From an uncultured delta proteobacterium (GTDB taxonomy: Bacteria > Myxococcota_A > Polyangia > Fen-1088): DNA of 64,000 bases. Both the position numbers and the translations under genes were made by a program. The stretch lies in NCBI GenBank assembly GCA_963767925.1, contig CAVYGB010000001.1:1-64000 (forward strand), written 5' to 3'. The notes below the pieces were generated by a model, which made no database searches, was not told where the DNA came from, and saw only the letters and a list, made by a program, of their open reading frames with translations. Shown piece after piece: positions 18,144 to 28,034 of the stretch (position 1 is its first letter; every line of letters starts with the position of its first letter).

Positions 18144-19174
18144 CCGGCTCCCCCGACAGCGAGTCCAGCCCGTCGACGTCGGTCGAGCCCGACGGCGGGC
18201 CACGCCCGCGCATCGGCCGCTACGAGATCATGGAGCGGCTCGCGGTCGGCGGCATGGCCGAGGCCTTCCGGGCGCGGGCCCACGGTCCCGGCGGCTACCA
18301 GCGCGAGCTGGTCATCAAGCGCATCCTCCCCCACCTGGCCCAGGACCCCGACTTCGTGCGGGCCTTCGTCGACGAGGCGAAGATCCTCGGCATGCTCAAC
18401 CACCCCAACGTCGTCGGGGTGTACGACTTCGGCGAGGACCAGGGGCTGCACTACCTGGCCCTCGAGTTCCTGGACGGCCCCTCGCTGGCCACCATGGTCG
18501 ACCGGGCCAGCCGACTGAGGGCCGCCATCCCCGCCGGCATCGTGGCCTACGTGGGCAAGGAGATCTGCAACGGCCTGTCGGAGGTGCACACCGCCCGCGA
18601 CCCTCAAGGCACCGCGCTGGGGCTGATCCACCGCGACGTCACCCCCTCGAACGTGATGACCACCCTCAACGGCGGGGTCAAGCTGCTCGACTTCGGGGTG
18701 GCCAAGATCGCCGGCTCGGAGCAGGTGACCCAGCACGGGCGCCTCAAGGGCAAGCCCGGCTACTTCGCGCCCGAGCAGATCGCCGGCTCGGCCATCGATT
18801 CGCGGGTCGATCTGTTCGCCCTGGGGGTGCTGCTGCACGAGATGTTGTGCCTGCGCCACCTCTTCCACCGGGACGGCGAGGGGATCGCCTCGACCATCTA
18901 CCGGATCATGCAGCTCGAGGTCCCCGAGCCGAGCTCGATCCGCGCCGACGCCCCCCCCGCCCTCGGGCGGATCATCCTCAAGGCGCTCAGCCGCGAGCCC
19001 CACAACCGCTACGCCAGCGCCTACGAGATGGCCCGCGAGCTGGACCTGGTGGCGCTCGACCTCGGCACCCGCGCCGAGGATCTGGCCCGCTTCGTCGCCG
19101 ATCAAAACGCCGCCTCCCCCCACCTGGAAGACGAGCCCCGCGAGCCCACCACCCAGGGTCTGGGCGACAGCTAA
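18140..19174 (+). CDS. Cytoplasmic Ser/Thr protein kinase
   Basis: LAVGGMAE, VIKRILP, IHRDVTPSN, DFG, YFAPEQ, DLFALG; ATGA overlap with receiver. Confidence 0.95.
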   Translation: MTGSPDSESSPSTSVEPDGGPRPRIGRYEIMERLAVGGMAEAFRARAHGPGGYQRELVIKRILPHLAQDPDFVRAFVDEAKILGMLNHPNVVGVYDFGEDQGLHYLALEFLDGPSLATMVDRASRLRAAIPAGIVAYVGKEICNGLSEVHTARDPQGTALGLIHRDVTPSNVMTTLNGGVKLLDFGVAKIAGSEQVTQHGRLKGKPGYFAPEQIAGSAIDSRVDLFALGVLLHEMLCLRHLFHRDGEGIASTIYRIMQLEVPEPSSIRADAPPALGRIILKALSREPHNRYASAYEMARELDLVALDLGTRAEDLARFVADQNAASPHLEDEPREPTTQGLGDS

Positions 19175-19185
19175 CCACCGCCTGG

Positions 19186-19240
19186 TTGCCCTCGCCCCGC
19201 GGCCGTCTGCGGCCGTGGGGAGAGGGCAAGGGTGAGGGGC
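19186..19240 (+). repeat. REP-like palindrome family A, copy 1
   Basis: TTGCCCTCGCCCC..GGGGAGAGGGCAA hairpin followed by GGGTGAGGGG. Confidence 0.85.
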
Positions 19241-19650
19241 GGTTGCCGGCCGGGGCGCTTGTCATCCGGCGCAGACGCCTCTGCCTTCCCCGCAGAGAAA
19301 ACGGTGCCGCGGCACGTGGCCCTGCCCCTGGGCTCGGGCGACAGCGGTATCCCGATCGGGCCGCGCCGGGCCTGTGACCGCCTGAAGTAGCGGATTTCAC
19401 GTCGACGCACCCACCCGGGCCGCGAGAGGGTTGCATCAACCGCCCGGCACGGCCGGGGCGCGGTTTTGTTCCGGCCGGTTTGCGGAAAATTCCGGGCCTT
19501 CCCCCTTTCAGCAGTAGCCGTTAATGTCCGCGTTACACCGCAAGGGTCTCGGCACTCTAGGTCACGTCGCCCCCGCCCACGGAAATTGCCGCCCGTTAGC
19601 CCCAGGACGTCATTTTCGCGGACCAACTTTCCGGCGGGGAAGGAGTCAGC

Positions 19651-21384
19651 ATGAAGTCATCTCGTCATCTCCCGTACTGGAGCCTTCTCGTCCTGGCTGC
19701 GGCCGCACAATGTAGCGGCGATGTTCATCCCGCCCCGGACGAAGCCCGCCCGGGCATGAACGGCCCCGGCACCGCCATGGTGCCGCCGCCGGCGCCCACC
19801 CCGCCGCCCGCGCCCACCCCACCGCCGGCTCCCCCCAGCAACATCGACCCGCCGGCGCCGACGCCGCCGACCGTGACCCCGCCGCCGGAGGTCCAGCCGC
19901 CGGTCACGCCGCCCACCGCGCCGCCGGCGCCGCCGATGACCCCCCCGGGCGCCAGCCCGACCCCGCCGACCCCGCCGCCCCCCTCCGCGCCGGCGGCCCC
20001 GCCCGGACCCTTCGCGCGCAACGTGCGCATCAGCCTCGTGGAGGCCGCCCAGGGCGTCTTCACCCGGCTCGGCGACGGGCAGCAGGTGGTGCCGCTCGCC
20101 ATGCGCAACGCCCCGATCATCGAGGGGCGCCCGCTGCTCGCCCGCATCCACGTCGCCACCGAGATGGGCTTCGCCGCCCGCCAGCTCCGGGCCGTGCTCT
20201 CGCTCGCCTACGGCGAGGGGGGCAAATACGAGGTCGAGGAGACGAAGATGGTGATGGGGTCCTCGGCGGCCGCCCAGCTCACCAGCACCTTCAACTTCCG
20301 GGTGCCCGCGGACAACGTCCGCCCCAACACCCAGCTCTCCGCCTTCATCTACGAGGTGGGGGCCGCCGCCGGCGCCGAGCCGGCCACCCCGCCGCGTTTC
20401 CCCGCCACCGGGACGGCCGACCTGGGCGTCAAGGCCGGGCGGATGGAGCTGTCGATCGTCGTGGTGCCCGACATGGGGCTGATGGACACGCCCGAGCGGC
20501 GCAAGAAGATCGAGCAGGACGTCTTCGACCTGTACCCGGTGCAGAAGGTGAACCTGCGCTTCCACGCGCCGGTGCCGATCATGGGCGGCTTCACCAGCGC
20601 CAAGGGCTTCGCGATCCTGCGCAACCTGCGCGAGACCGAGATGGCCAAGCCCTGGGAGTATTACCACTACGTGACCGGCGCGGCCGGCGCAGGCTTCGCC
20701 GGGGTCAGCAGCGTCGCCAACGCCACGCCGGGCGCGGCCAGCCGCCGCACCAGCATCACCATCGTGCGCAACAGCGCCATCGACGGCAACACAAACACCC
20801 TGGCCCACGAGACCGGGCACGCCAGCGGCTCGTCGCACATGCCGGGCTGCGGGGCGGCCGGGCCAGACATGATGTACCCCTACCGCATGCCGGCCGGGGA
20901 CATGGGGGTCAACGGCTACAGCCTGTCGTTCAACACCTTCAAGAACCGGATGATGTTCCGCGAGCTGATGTCTTACTGCCGCCCGCGCTGGATCAGCGAC
21001 TACGTGTACTCGAAGTTCGAGCAGCGGGTGCGCATCGTGACCGCCTTCGAGAATTCGGGTGGCATGACCGAGATGCTCGCCTCCCGCTCGCTGCTGGGCT
21101 ACGCCGGCCCGGGTGAGGCGGCCGACTGGGGCGTGGTCTCCGGCGACCTCGTCGATCAGACCGCCACCATGACCCCCACCCAGTACGCCCGCCTGCGGCT
21201 GATCGACGGGCGCGACGTCATGGCCCCCATCGCTGTCAGCCTGCTCACCGACGACGCCACCCGGGAGTTCGCCATCAGCCTCGACGGCGCCGACTACACC
21301 GACAGCGACGTCCTCGAGGCCGAGGTGGTCATCGACGGCAAATCCTCGCGCGTCCAGGTCGGCGCGATGTACCGCCGCCCCTGA
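19651..21384 (+). CDS. Lipoprotein zinc metalloprotease, M66-like (metzincin motif)
   Basis: AAGGAG RBS; lipobox AAQC; Pro-rich linker; HETGHASGSSH, PGCG, ELMSYC..WISDY. Confidence 0.85.
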   Translation: MKSSRHLPYWSLLVLAAAAQCSGDVHPAPDEARPGMNGPGTAMVPPPAPTPPPAPTPPPAPPSNIDPPAPTPPTVTPPPEVQPPVTPPTAPPAPPMTPPGASPTPPTPPPPSAPAAPPGPFARNVRISLVEAAQGVFTRLGDGQQVVPLAMRNAPIIEGRPLLARIHVATEMGFAARQLRAVLSLAYGEGGKYEVEETKMVMGSSAAAQLTSTFNFRVPADNVRPNTQLSAFIYEVGAAAGAEPATPPRFPATGTADLGVKAGRMELSIVVVPDMGLMDTPERRKKIEQDVFDLYPVQKVNLRFHAPVPIMGGFTSAKGFAILRNLRETEMAKPWEYYHYVTGAAGAGFAGVSSVANATPGAASRRTSITIVRNSAIDGNTNTLAHETGHASGSSHMPGCGAAGPDMMYPYRMPAGDMGVNGYSLSFNTFKNRMMFRELMSYCRPRWISDYVYSKFEQRVRIVTAFENSGGMTEMLASRSLLGYAGPGEAADWGVVSGDLVDQTATMTPTQYARLRLIDGRDVMAPIAVSLLTDDATREFAISLDGADYTDSDVLEAEVVIDGKSSRVQVGAMYRRP

Positions 21385-21427
21385 CCGCCCGCTCCAGCCT
21401 GCCGATCAGTCCGACACCCCATGGCCG

Positions 21428-21477
21428 TTTGCCCTCTCCCCGCGTCTGCCGCGGGGAGAGGGAAGGGTGAGGGGGGG
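21428..21477 (+). repeat. REP-like palindrome family A, copy 2
   Basis: TTTGCCCTCTCCCCGCG..CGCGGGGAGAGGGAAGGGTGAGGGG between convergent genes. Confidence 0.85.
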
Positions 21478-21500
21478 CCTGAGAACCGCGGGGCCGCTCC

Positions 21501-23231
21501 TCAGAGCACGCGCCGGTAGATCTCGGCGCCCACGAAGATGGCGAACAGGTCGGGGTCGCAGCGGCCGGCCTTGACCTCGGACTCGATGATGCCCAGCGCG
21601 CGCGGCACCGGGACGGCGGACTTGTAGGGGCGGTCGGCGGCGGTGAGGGCGTCGAAGATGTCGGCGATGGTCATCATGCGCGACTCGACCGGGATCTCGT
21701 CGCCCCGCAGGCCGAAGGGGTAGCCCCGGCCGTCGAGCGACTCGTGGTGGGCGGCGGCGATGCGCGGGACCTGGCGCAGCGAGCGGCCCCAGGGGATGGC
21801 CTCCAGGAACGACAGGGTGTGGGTGACGTGGCTCTGGATCTGCTGCCGCTCGCCCTCGGTGAGGCTGCCCTTCTCGATGCGCAGGGCCTCGAGCTCGCCC
21901 GGCTCGAGGTAGGGGCGGCGGCCGCCGTCGACGTCGAGGTACTGCAGGCGGGCGATGTCGGCGAGCTGGGCGGCGGCGGGGCCGGCCAGCAGGGCCGGCT
22001 CGTTGGCGGTGGCCAGGAACTGGGTGATCTCCTCGAGCTCGCGCAGCCGGCGGGCGGTGTCCTTGTCGAGGACGGCGAACAGGTCGGGCTCGGCGGCCCG
22101 GCCAGACAGGGCCCAGGTCAGCTTCTGCTGCAGGGCCTCGGACTCGATGCTCTTGCGGATGTAGCGGAAGCGCTGGGCGATGGTCTCCCGCTGGGCGTCG
22201 TAGAGCTTCTTGGCCTTGGTGAGCACGTTCTCGCGCACGCCGACCTTGCCGAAGTCGTGCAACACCCCGGCGTATTCGATCTGGCGCAGCTCATCGCGGG
22301 TAAAGCGCAGCCCGGCGAAGGGGCCCTGGTCGAGGGCGTCGACCCGCTCGGCCAGGGCCACCGTCAAGGTGGCGACCCGGCGCGAGTGGCCCGAGGTGGT
22401 GGGATCGCGCGACTCGATGGCGGTGACGGCGGCGTCGACGAACCCGGCGAACAGGCTCTGGATCTCGTCGTAGAGGATGGTGTTCTCCAGGCAGATGCCG
22501 GCCTGGGAGGCGAGGGCCAGGGCGAGCTGCTCGCTGCCGGCGTCGAAGGGGACGACGTTCTCGTCGAAGTCGGCGGGCGTGCGCAGGGGCCGGTCGGCCC
22601 GGCGGCGGCAGTTGATGAGCTGCACCACCCCGATCACCTCGTCGTGGGCCGACAGCATCGGCACGGTCAACATGGAGCGGGCGGTGTAGCCGGTGCGGTC
22701 GTCGAAGCTGCGGTCGTGGCGCAGGCCGCGGGGGTTCTCGCCGGGGTGCTGCAGCCGCGACAGGTCGGCGATGTTGATGGGGCGCTTGCCCAGCACGGCC
22801 TGCCCGACGATCGAGCGCGTGTCGACCGGGAGGCGGAACTCCTTGAAGTCGATGGCCATCGAATCGTTCTGCGACAGCATGAAGTGCAGCCGCCGGGTGG
22901 CGGCGGCGCCGGTGGGGGCGCTGCGGGTGGGGGCGCCGGGCATGGGGGGCGTGACCGGGACGGGCAGGGGGGTCTGCTCCATGGGCGGGCCGTTCTTGCC
23001 GTCCTCGACGTCCTCCACCACGTAGACGCTGCCCGCGTCGGCGCCGGTGATCTCCCGGGCCTTCTGCAGGATCAGGCTCAGCAGCTTGCGGATGTCCCGC
23101 TCCGAGGAGAGCGAGCGCGAGATCGACAGCAGCTCGTCGACCTGCAGGCGGAAGCGCCGGGCGGTGACGGCACTGTCCTCCGCCGGGTCCCCGATCCCCG
23201 ACCACAACGCCGCCGCCGACTGCTCCGCCAC
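21501..23231 (-). CDS. GAF + HD-GYP cyclic dinucleotide phosphodiesterase
   Basis: GAF (ADAGSVY, FDDRTGY.ARSMLTVPM); RDPTTSGHSRRVA, LHDFGK, HHESLDGRGYP, ADIFDALTAADRPYK. Confidence 0.94.
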   Translation of the reverse strand: MAEQSAAALWSGIGDPAEDSAVTARRFRLQVDELLSISRSLSSERDIRKLLSLILQKAREITGADAGSVYVVEDVEDGKNGPPMEQTPLPVPVTPPMPGAPTRSAPTGAAATRRLHFMLSQNDSMAIDFKEFRLPVDTRSIVGQAVLGKRPINIADLSRLQHPGENPRGLRHDRSFDDRTGYTARSMLTVPMLSAHDEVIGVVQLINCRRRADRPLRTPADFDENVVPFDAGSEQLALALASQAGICLENTILYDEIQSLFAGFVDAAVTAIESRDPTTSGHSRRVATLTVALAERVDALDQGPFAGLRFTRDELRQIEYAGVLHDFGKVGVRENVLTKAKKLYDAQRETIAQRFRYIRKSIESEALQQKLTWALSGRAAEPDLFAVLDKDTARRLRELEEITQFLATANEPALLAGPAAAQLADIARLQYLDVDGGRRPYLEPGELEALRIEKGSLTEGERQQIQSHVTHTLSFLEAIPWGRSLRQVPRIAAAHHESLDGRGYPFGLRGDEIPVESRMMTIADIFDALTAADRPYKSAVPVPRALGIIESEVKAGRCDPDLFAIFVGAEIYRRVL

Positions 23232-23342
23232 CCTACTAGGATATCAGCGGCCCGCGGCTCTGCTCGCGGGCGGCGCGCGGCGCGGGGCGGGGGCGGGCGT
23301 GGGTCCGCTTCTCACAGGGGCCCCGCTGTCTCACCCGTGCGC

Positions 23343-24527
23343 TCACCGGCGCCGGGCCCGCTCGAGCAGCAGGGCGATCGCCGCCAGCACGGCCAGCAGG
23401 GGCGCGAACAGGGCCATGCCGATCGATCGCAGCGCGACCCCCACCGCCCAGGGCAGGATGGCGATGCCGATGCTGCAGGCGGCGACCTGGTAGCCGACCA
23501 GCCGGCGGCCCAGCGTGTCGCCGAAGCGGCGGGGTGTGTCGTGCATGACGGTGGGATAGATGGGCCCCAGCGCGGCCCCCAGCAGAGCCAGGGCCCCGAT
23601 CGCGACCGGCAGCGGTACCTGGGGCAGGGTGAACAGGAGCAGCCCGGGGAAGACCAGGAACAGCCCGGCGCGCACGATCTTCAGCTCGGCGCCGCCGGTG
23701 GCGAAGGCGCCCAGCAGCAGCCGCCCGGCGGTCAGCCCGCCCCAGTAGCAGGCGGCGGCGGCGCCGGCGGTGGCGGCGGTGGCGCCCCGGGTGGCCACCA
23801 GGTAGCTGGCGCTCCACAGCCCGATCGAGGCCTCGAGGCTGCCGTAGACCGCGAACAGGGCCACGCTGGCCCGGGCGCCCCGCAGCGAGGGCCCGCGCGC
23901 GGCAAGCTCGGCGGCCACGGGGTCGTCGGGTAGGGGTTGGGGCGGGCGCCGCTCGCGCCAGGCGGGCAAGGTGGCGATGAACAGCAGGGCCAGGGCAAAC
24001 TCGGCGCCGGCGAGCACGCCGTAGGCCGCGCGCCAGGAGCCGGCCTGACCCATGGCCAGCGCAGCCACCACGGGGCCCAGGGTGCCGCCGATGCCCCAGG
24101 AGCCGTGCAGCCAGTTCATGTGGCGGGCGCCGTAGTGCCGGGCCACGAAGCCGTTGAGGGCGGTGTCGACGGCGCCCCCGCCCAGGCCGGCGATCCCGGC
24201 GGCCACCAGCATCAGCCACCAGCCCGGGGCGACGGCGTTGAGGCCCAGGGCGGTCGCGGCCAGCAGGCTGCTCACCACGAGCACCAGCCCGGTGCCGAAG
24301 CGATCGAGCAGCCGGGCGGTGGCGAGGCTCGACAGGGCCACGCCGGCGGTGGTCAGCAGCACGGCCGGGCCGGCGGCGTCGAGCGGCAGGGCGAACCCGC
24401 GCCGGACCGCGGGCCAGACCGCGCCCAGCACGGTGTCGGGGAGGCCCAGCCCGATGAAGGCGATGTAGATGACGGGCAGGAGGGCGCGGGGGCGGGTGGT
24501 CCCGTCGGTCGGCATCGCCCTTTTCAT
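23343..24527 (-). CDS. MFS transporter
   Basis: YIAFIGLGLPD..LG.VWP, G.GGGAVD.ALN.FVA.HY, MNWLH..WGIG..GP; about 12 hydrophobic segments. Confidence 0.92.
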   Translation of the reverse strand: MKRAMPTDGTTRPRALLPVIYIAFIGLGLPDTVLGAVWPAVRRGFALPLDAAGPAVLLTTAGVALSSLATARLLDRFGTGLVLVVSSLLAATALGLNAVAPGWWLMLVAAGIAGLGGGAVDTALNGFVARHYGARHMNWLHGSWGIGGTLGPVVAALAMGQAGSWRAAYGVLAGAEFALALLFIATLPAWRERRPPQPLPDDPVAAELAARGPSLRGARASVALFAVYGSLEASIGLWSASYLVATRGATAATAGAAAACYWGGLTAGRLLLGAFATGGAELKIVRAGLFLVFPGLLLFTLPQVPLPVAIGALALLGAALGPIYPTVMHDTPRRFGDTLGRRLVGYQVAACSIGIAILPWAVGVALRSIGMALFAPLLAVLAAIALLLERARRR

Positions 24528-24564
24528 GACCGGGCTGGCGCGGTTGCGCCAGGTGCGGCGACGG

Positions 24565-25116
24565 TCACCGGGTGGGGCCACCGGCCCGGCCGGGGGCGGC
24601 CCTCGGGCGGGTGGGGTTGCCGGGGCGGCCCGGGGCGGGCACCTGGGGGCGGGCCTGAGCGCCGGGAGGTCGGCGCGGGCGGAAGGCCGGCGTACCGGCG
24701 GCGATCACGGCTCCCGCCGCGGCGGCGCCATCGGGGCGGCCGGGGGGACCTTTGCGGTTCGGCGGGGAGGGGCGTGGCTCGCCCCCGGCGGTGCGAGCGG
24801 GGGCCGGGGCGGGCGCTTCGGCGAGGCCGGCGGCAGGCGCTCCGGTGAGGCCGGCGGCGGGCGCCTCGTCCGTCCGGGCGGCGGCGCGGGCGGCCGGTTC
24901 GGTGGTCGGATCGGCCTGCGGGAACAGGGCGCGCGCCTCCTGCTCGAAGGTGGCGGGGTCCGGGGCCGGGATTGTCGGGGCGGTGGTGGTGGCCGGGGCG
25001 GGCGCGAAGCCGTCGCGGGGGGTGGACCACCACAGGAAAAACGCAGCGCCACCCACGGCCGCCAGGGTTGCGACCCCGGCGACGACACCGATGAACGACA
25101 GGAAGTTGTTGCGCAC
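24565..25116 (-). CDS. Membrane-anchored Pro/Ala-rich hypothetical protein
   Basis: GTG start; one N-terminal TM segment; low-complexity remainder. Confidence 0.55.
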   Translation of the reverse strand: MRNNFLSFIGVVAGVATLAAVGGAAFFLWWSTPRDGFAPAPATTTAPTIPAPDPATFEQEARALFPQADPTTEPAARAAARTDEAPAAGLTGAPAAGLAEAPAPAPARTAGGEPRPSPPNRKGPPGRPDGAAAAGAVIAAGTPAFRPRRPPGAQARPQVPAPGRPGNPTRPRAAPGRAGGPTR

Positions 25117-25307
25117 GGTGCCGGCCCTCGTCCGGGCACTCTACACGGCCCTTGGGGTGACGCGCCACTGCCTGTCGATGGGGCGCGTCGGGGCGGTCAC
25201 ATCCCGCAAAAGTTGCCGAGGGGGGCGGCCATCTCGTGTGGGGACTTCCCGATTGGAATCCGGCCCGACTGACCCAGCTTGTTCGCTCGAAGGAAGGAGC
25301 AGGAAAA

Positions 25308-26306
25308 ATGGCCGAACGTGAACAGTACGGGAAAGATCGAAGCGATTGGCGAGGCGAGGACCGGGATCGGGAACGCGAGCTCGAGCGCGAACGGGAGCAG
25401 CGCGACCGCGACTTTCGCTCAACCGCGCCCCGCCACAACCCCGGCGCCAGCGACTACGGCCGTCCCACCAGCGGCTACGGCATGGAGGGCTACGGTCCGG
25501 AGCGTCCCCGCGAGGGCTGGCGCAGCGACGAGGAGCGGCGCAACGAGCGCCGCGAGGAGAACGACGAGCGCTGGAAGAACTACGGCCGCTCCGAGCAGTG
25601 GCGCACGGGGCAGCCGCGCAGCGCGGGCCAGGGTTGGGGCGCGGGCGGCTTCCGCGGCCAGGACTGGGGCGACAACCGCCAGCAGCCGGACTGGGGCCGG
25701 GGCTACGAGGACAGCAGCGGGCGCAGCCAGGGCTCGGGGAGCTGGTCCGAGCGCGGGCGCGCCGGCGAGAGCGATCGCTACCGCCAGTACCCCACCTCGG
25801 GCACCTACGGCCAGGGCGGGTACACCAGCAGCCCCGGCAGCACCTACGGCTCCGGCACCGGCTACAGCCTCGGGGGCTACGGCGGCGGCGCCATGGCGCC
25901 GAGCGCGCGCAACCGGGACCGGGTAGTGCGCCCGCCGCGCAACTACCGGCGCTCGGACGAGCGCATCCGGGAGGACATCTGCGAGGCCATCGTGCGGGCC
26001 AACGACCTCGACGCCGGCGATGTCGAGGTCGAGGTGAACACCGCGGAGGTCACGCTCATCGGCATGGTCGAGGACCGCGAGGACAAGCGCCGCATCGAGG
26101 ACATCGCCCACGACGTCTCGGGCGTGACCGAGGTGAACAACCAGCTCCGCACCAGGCAGGCCAGCAGCTTCCGCGAGGCGCTGTCCCGCACGGGCGAGGC
26201 GATCAAGCAGTTCGTGAAGGGGGAGCCCTCCCCCCGCGAGCAGAGCAGCTCGACGCCGCCGACGGCTGGCACGAACGCCGGCACGTCGAACCCCCCGTCG
26301 CGGTAG
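25308..26306 (+). CDS. BON domain protein with long disordered Arg/Gly/Tyr-rich N-terminus
   Basis: AAGGAG RBS; PRNYRRSDERIREDICE..DAGDVEVEV...EVTLIGMV.DR..KRR.ED.A..VSGV..V.NQLR. Confidence 0.92.
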   Translation: MAEREQYGKDRSDWRGEDRDRERELEREREQRDRDFRSTAPRHNPGASDYGRPTSGYGMEGYGPERPREGWRSDEERRNERREENDERWKNYGRSEQWRTGQPRSAGQGWGAGGFRGQDWGDNRQQPDWGRGYEDSSGRSQGSGSWSERGRAGESDRYRQYPTSGTYGQGGYTSSPGSTYGSGTGYSLGGYGGGAMAPSARNRDRVVRPPRNYRRSDERIREDICEAIVRANDLDAGDVEVEVNTAEVTLIGMVEDREDKRRIEDIAHDVSGVTEVNNQLRTRQASSFREALSRTGEAIKQFVKGEPSPREQSSSTPPTAGTNAGTSNPPSR

Positions 26307-26318
26307 CGGCGTGATCCA

Positions 26319-26354
26319 ACACCTCTCCCCGCGGGTCGCCGCGGGGAGAGGTGT
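26319..26354. terminator. Perfect 16-bp hairpin (family A core) after BON gene; possible terminator
   Basis: ACACCTCTCCCCGCGG-gtcg-CCGCGGGGAGAGGTGT; no U-tract. Confidence 0.6.
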
Positions 26355-26366
26355 CGCGAGGACGGA

Positions 26367-26686
26367 TTTTCGTACACGTGCACGAGCACGTGATCCGTGC
26401 ACGTGCGACGGGTTCCGTGCACGTTTTCGTACACGTGCACGAGCACGTGATCCGTGCACGTGCGACGGGTTCCGTGCACGTTTTCGTGCACGTGCACGAG
26501 CACGTGATTCGTGCACGTGCGACGGGTTCCGTGCACGAGCACGTGATCCGTTCACGTGTGACGGGGCGTCACGTTCGTTCACGTCTTCCGTTCACGTCTT
26601 CCGTTCACGTCTTCCGTTCACGTCTGCACGTGCACGTGCACGTGCACGTGCACGTGCACGAAAACGTGAGACGTTCACGTCTCACG
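26367..26686. repeat. Composite CACGTG/GTGCAC tandem array: 57 bp x3, 13 bp x about 4, TGCACG x6, terminal hairpin
   Basis: 57-bp units start 26367/26424/26481; CGTTCACGTCTTC 26576-26625; (TGCACG)6 26625-26660; CGTGAGACGT-tc-ACGTCTCACG 26665-26686. Confidence 0.95.
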
Positions 26687-26722
26687 GATGCCCCCCCGCC
26701 GGGGCCGGGGGGGCCTTCCCCC

Positions 26723-28006
<1,284 letters not shown>

Positions 28007-28034
28007 CGCGCCGCTAGAGTAGCAGCGGCGGCGA

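Noticed and set aside
26367..26537. CRISPR array from the 57-bp units
   Set aside because: No unique spacers; the whole unit repeats
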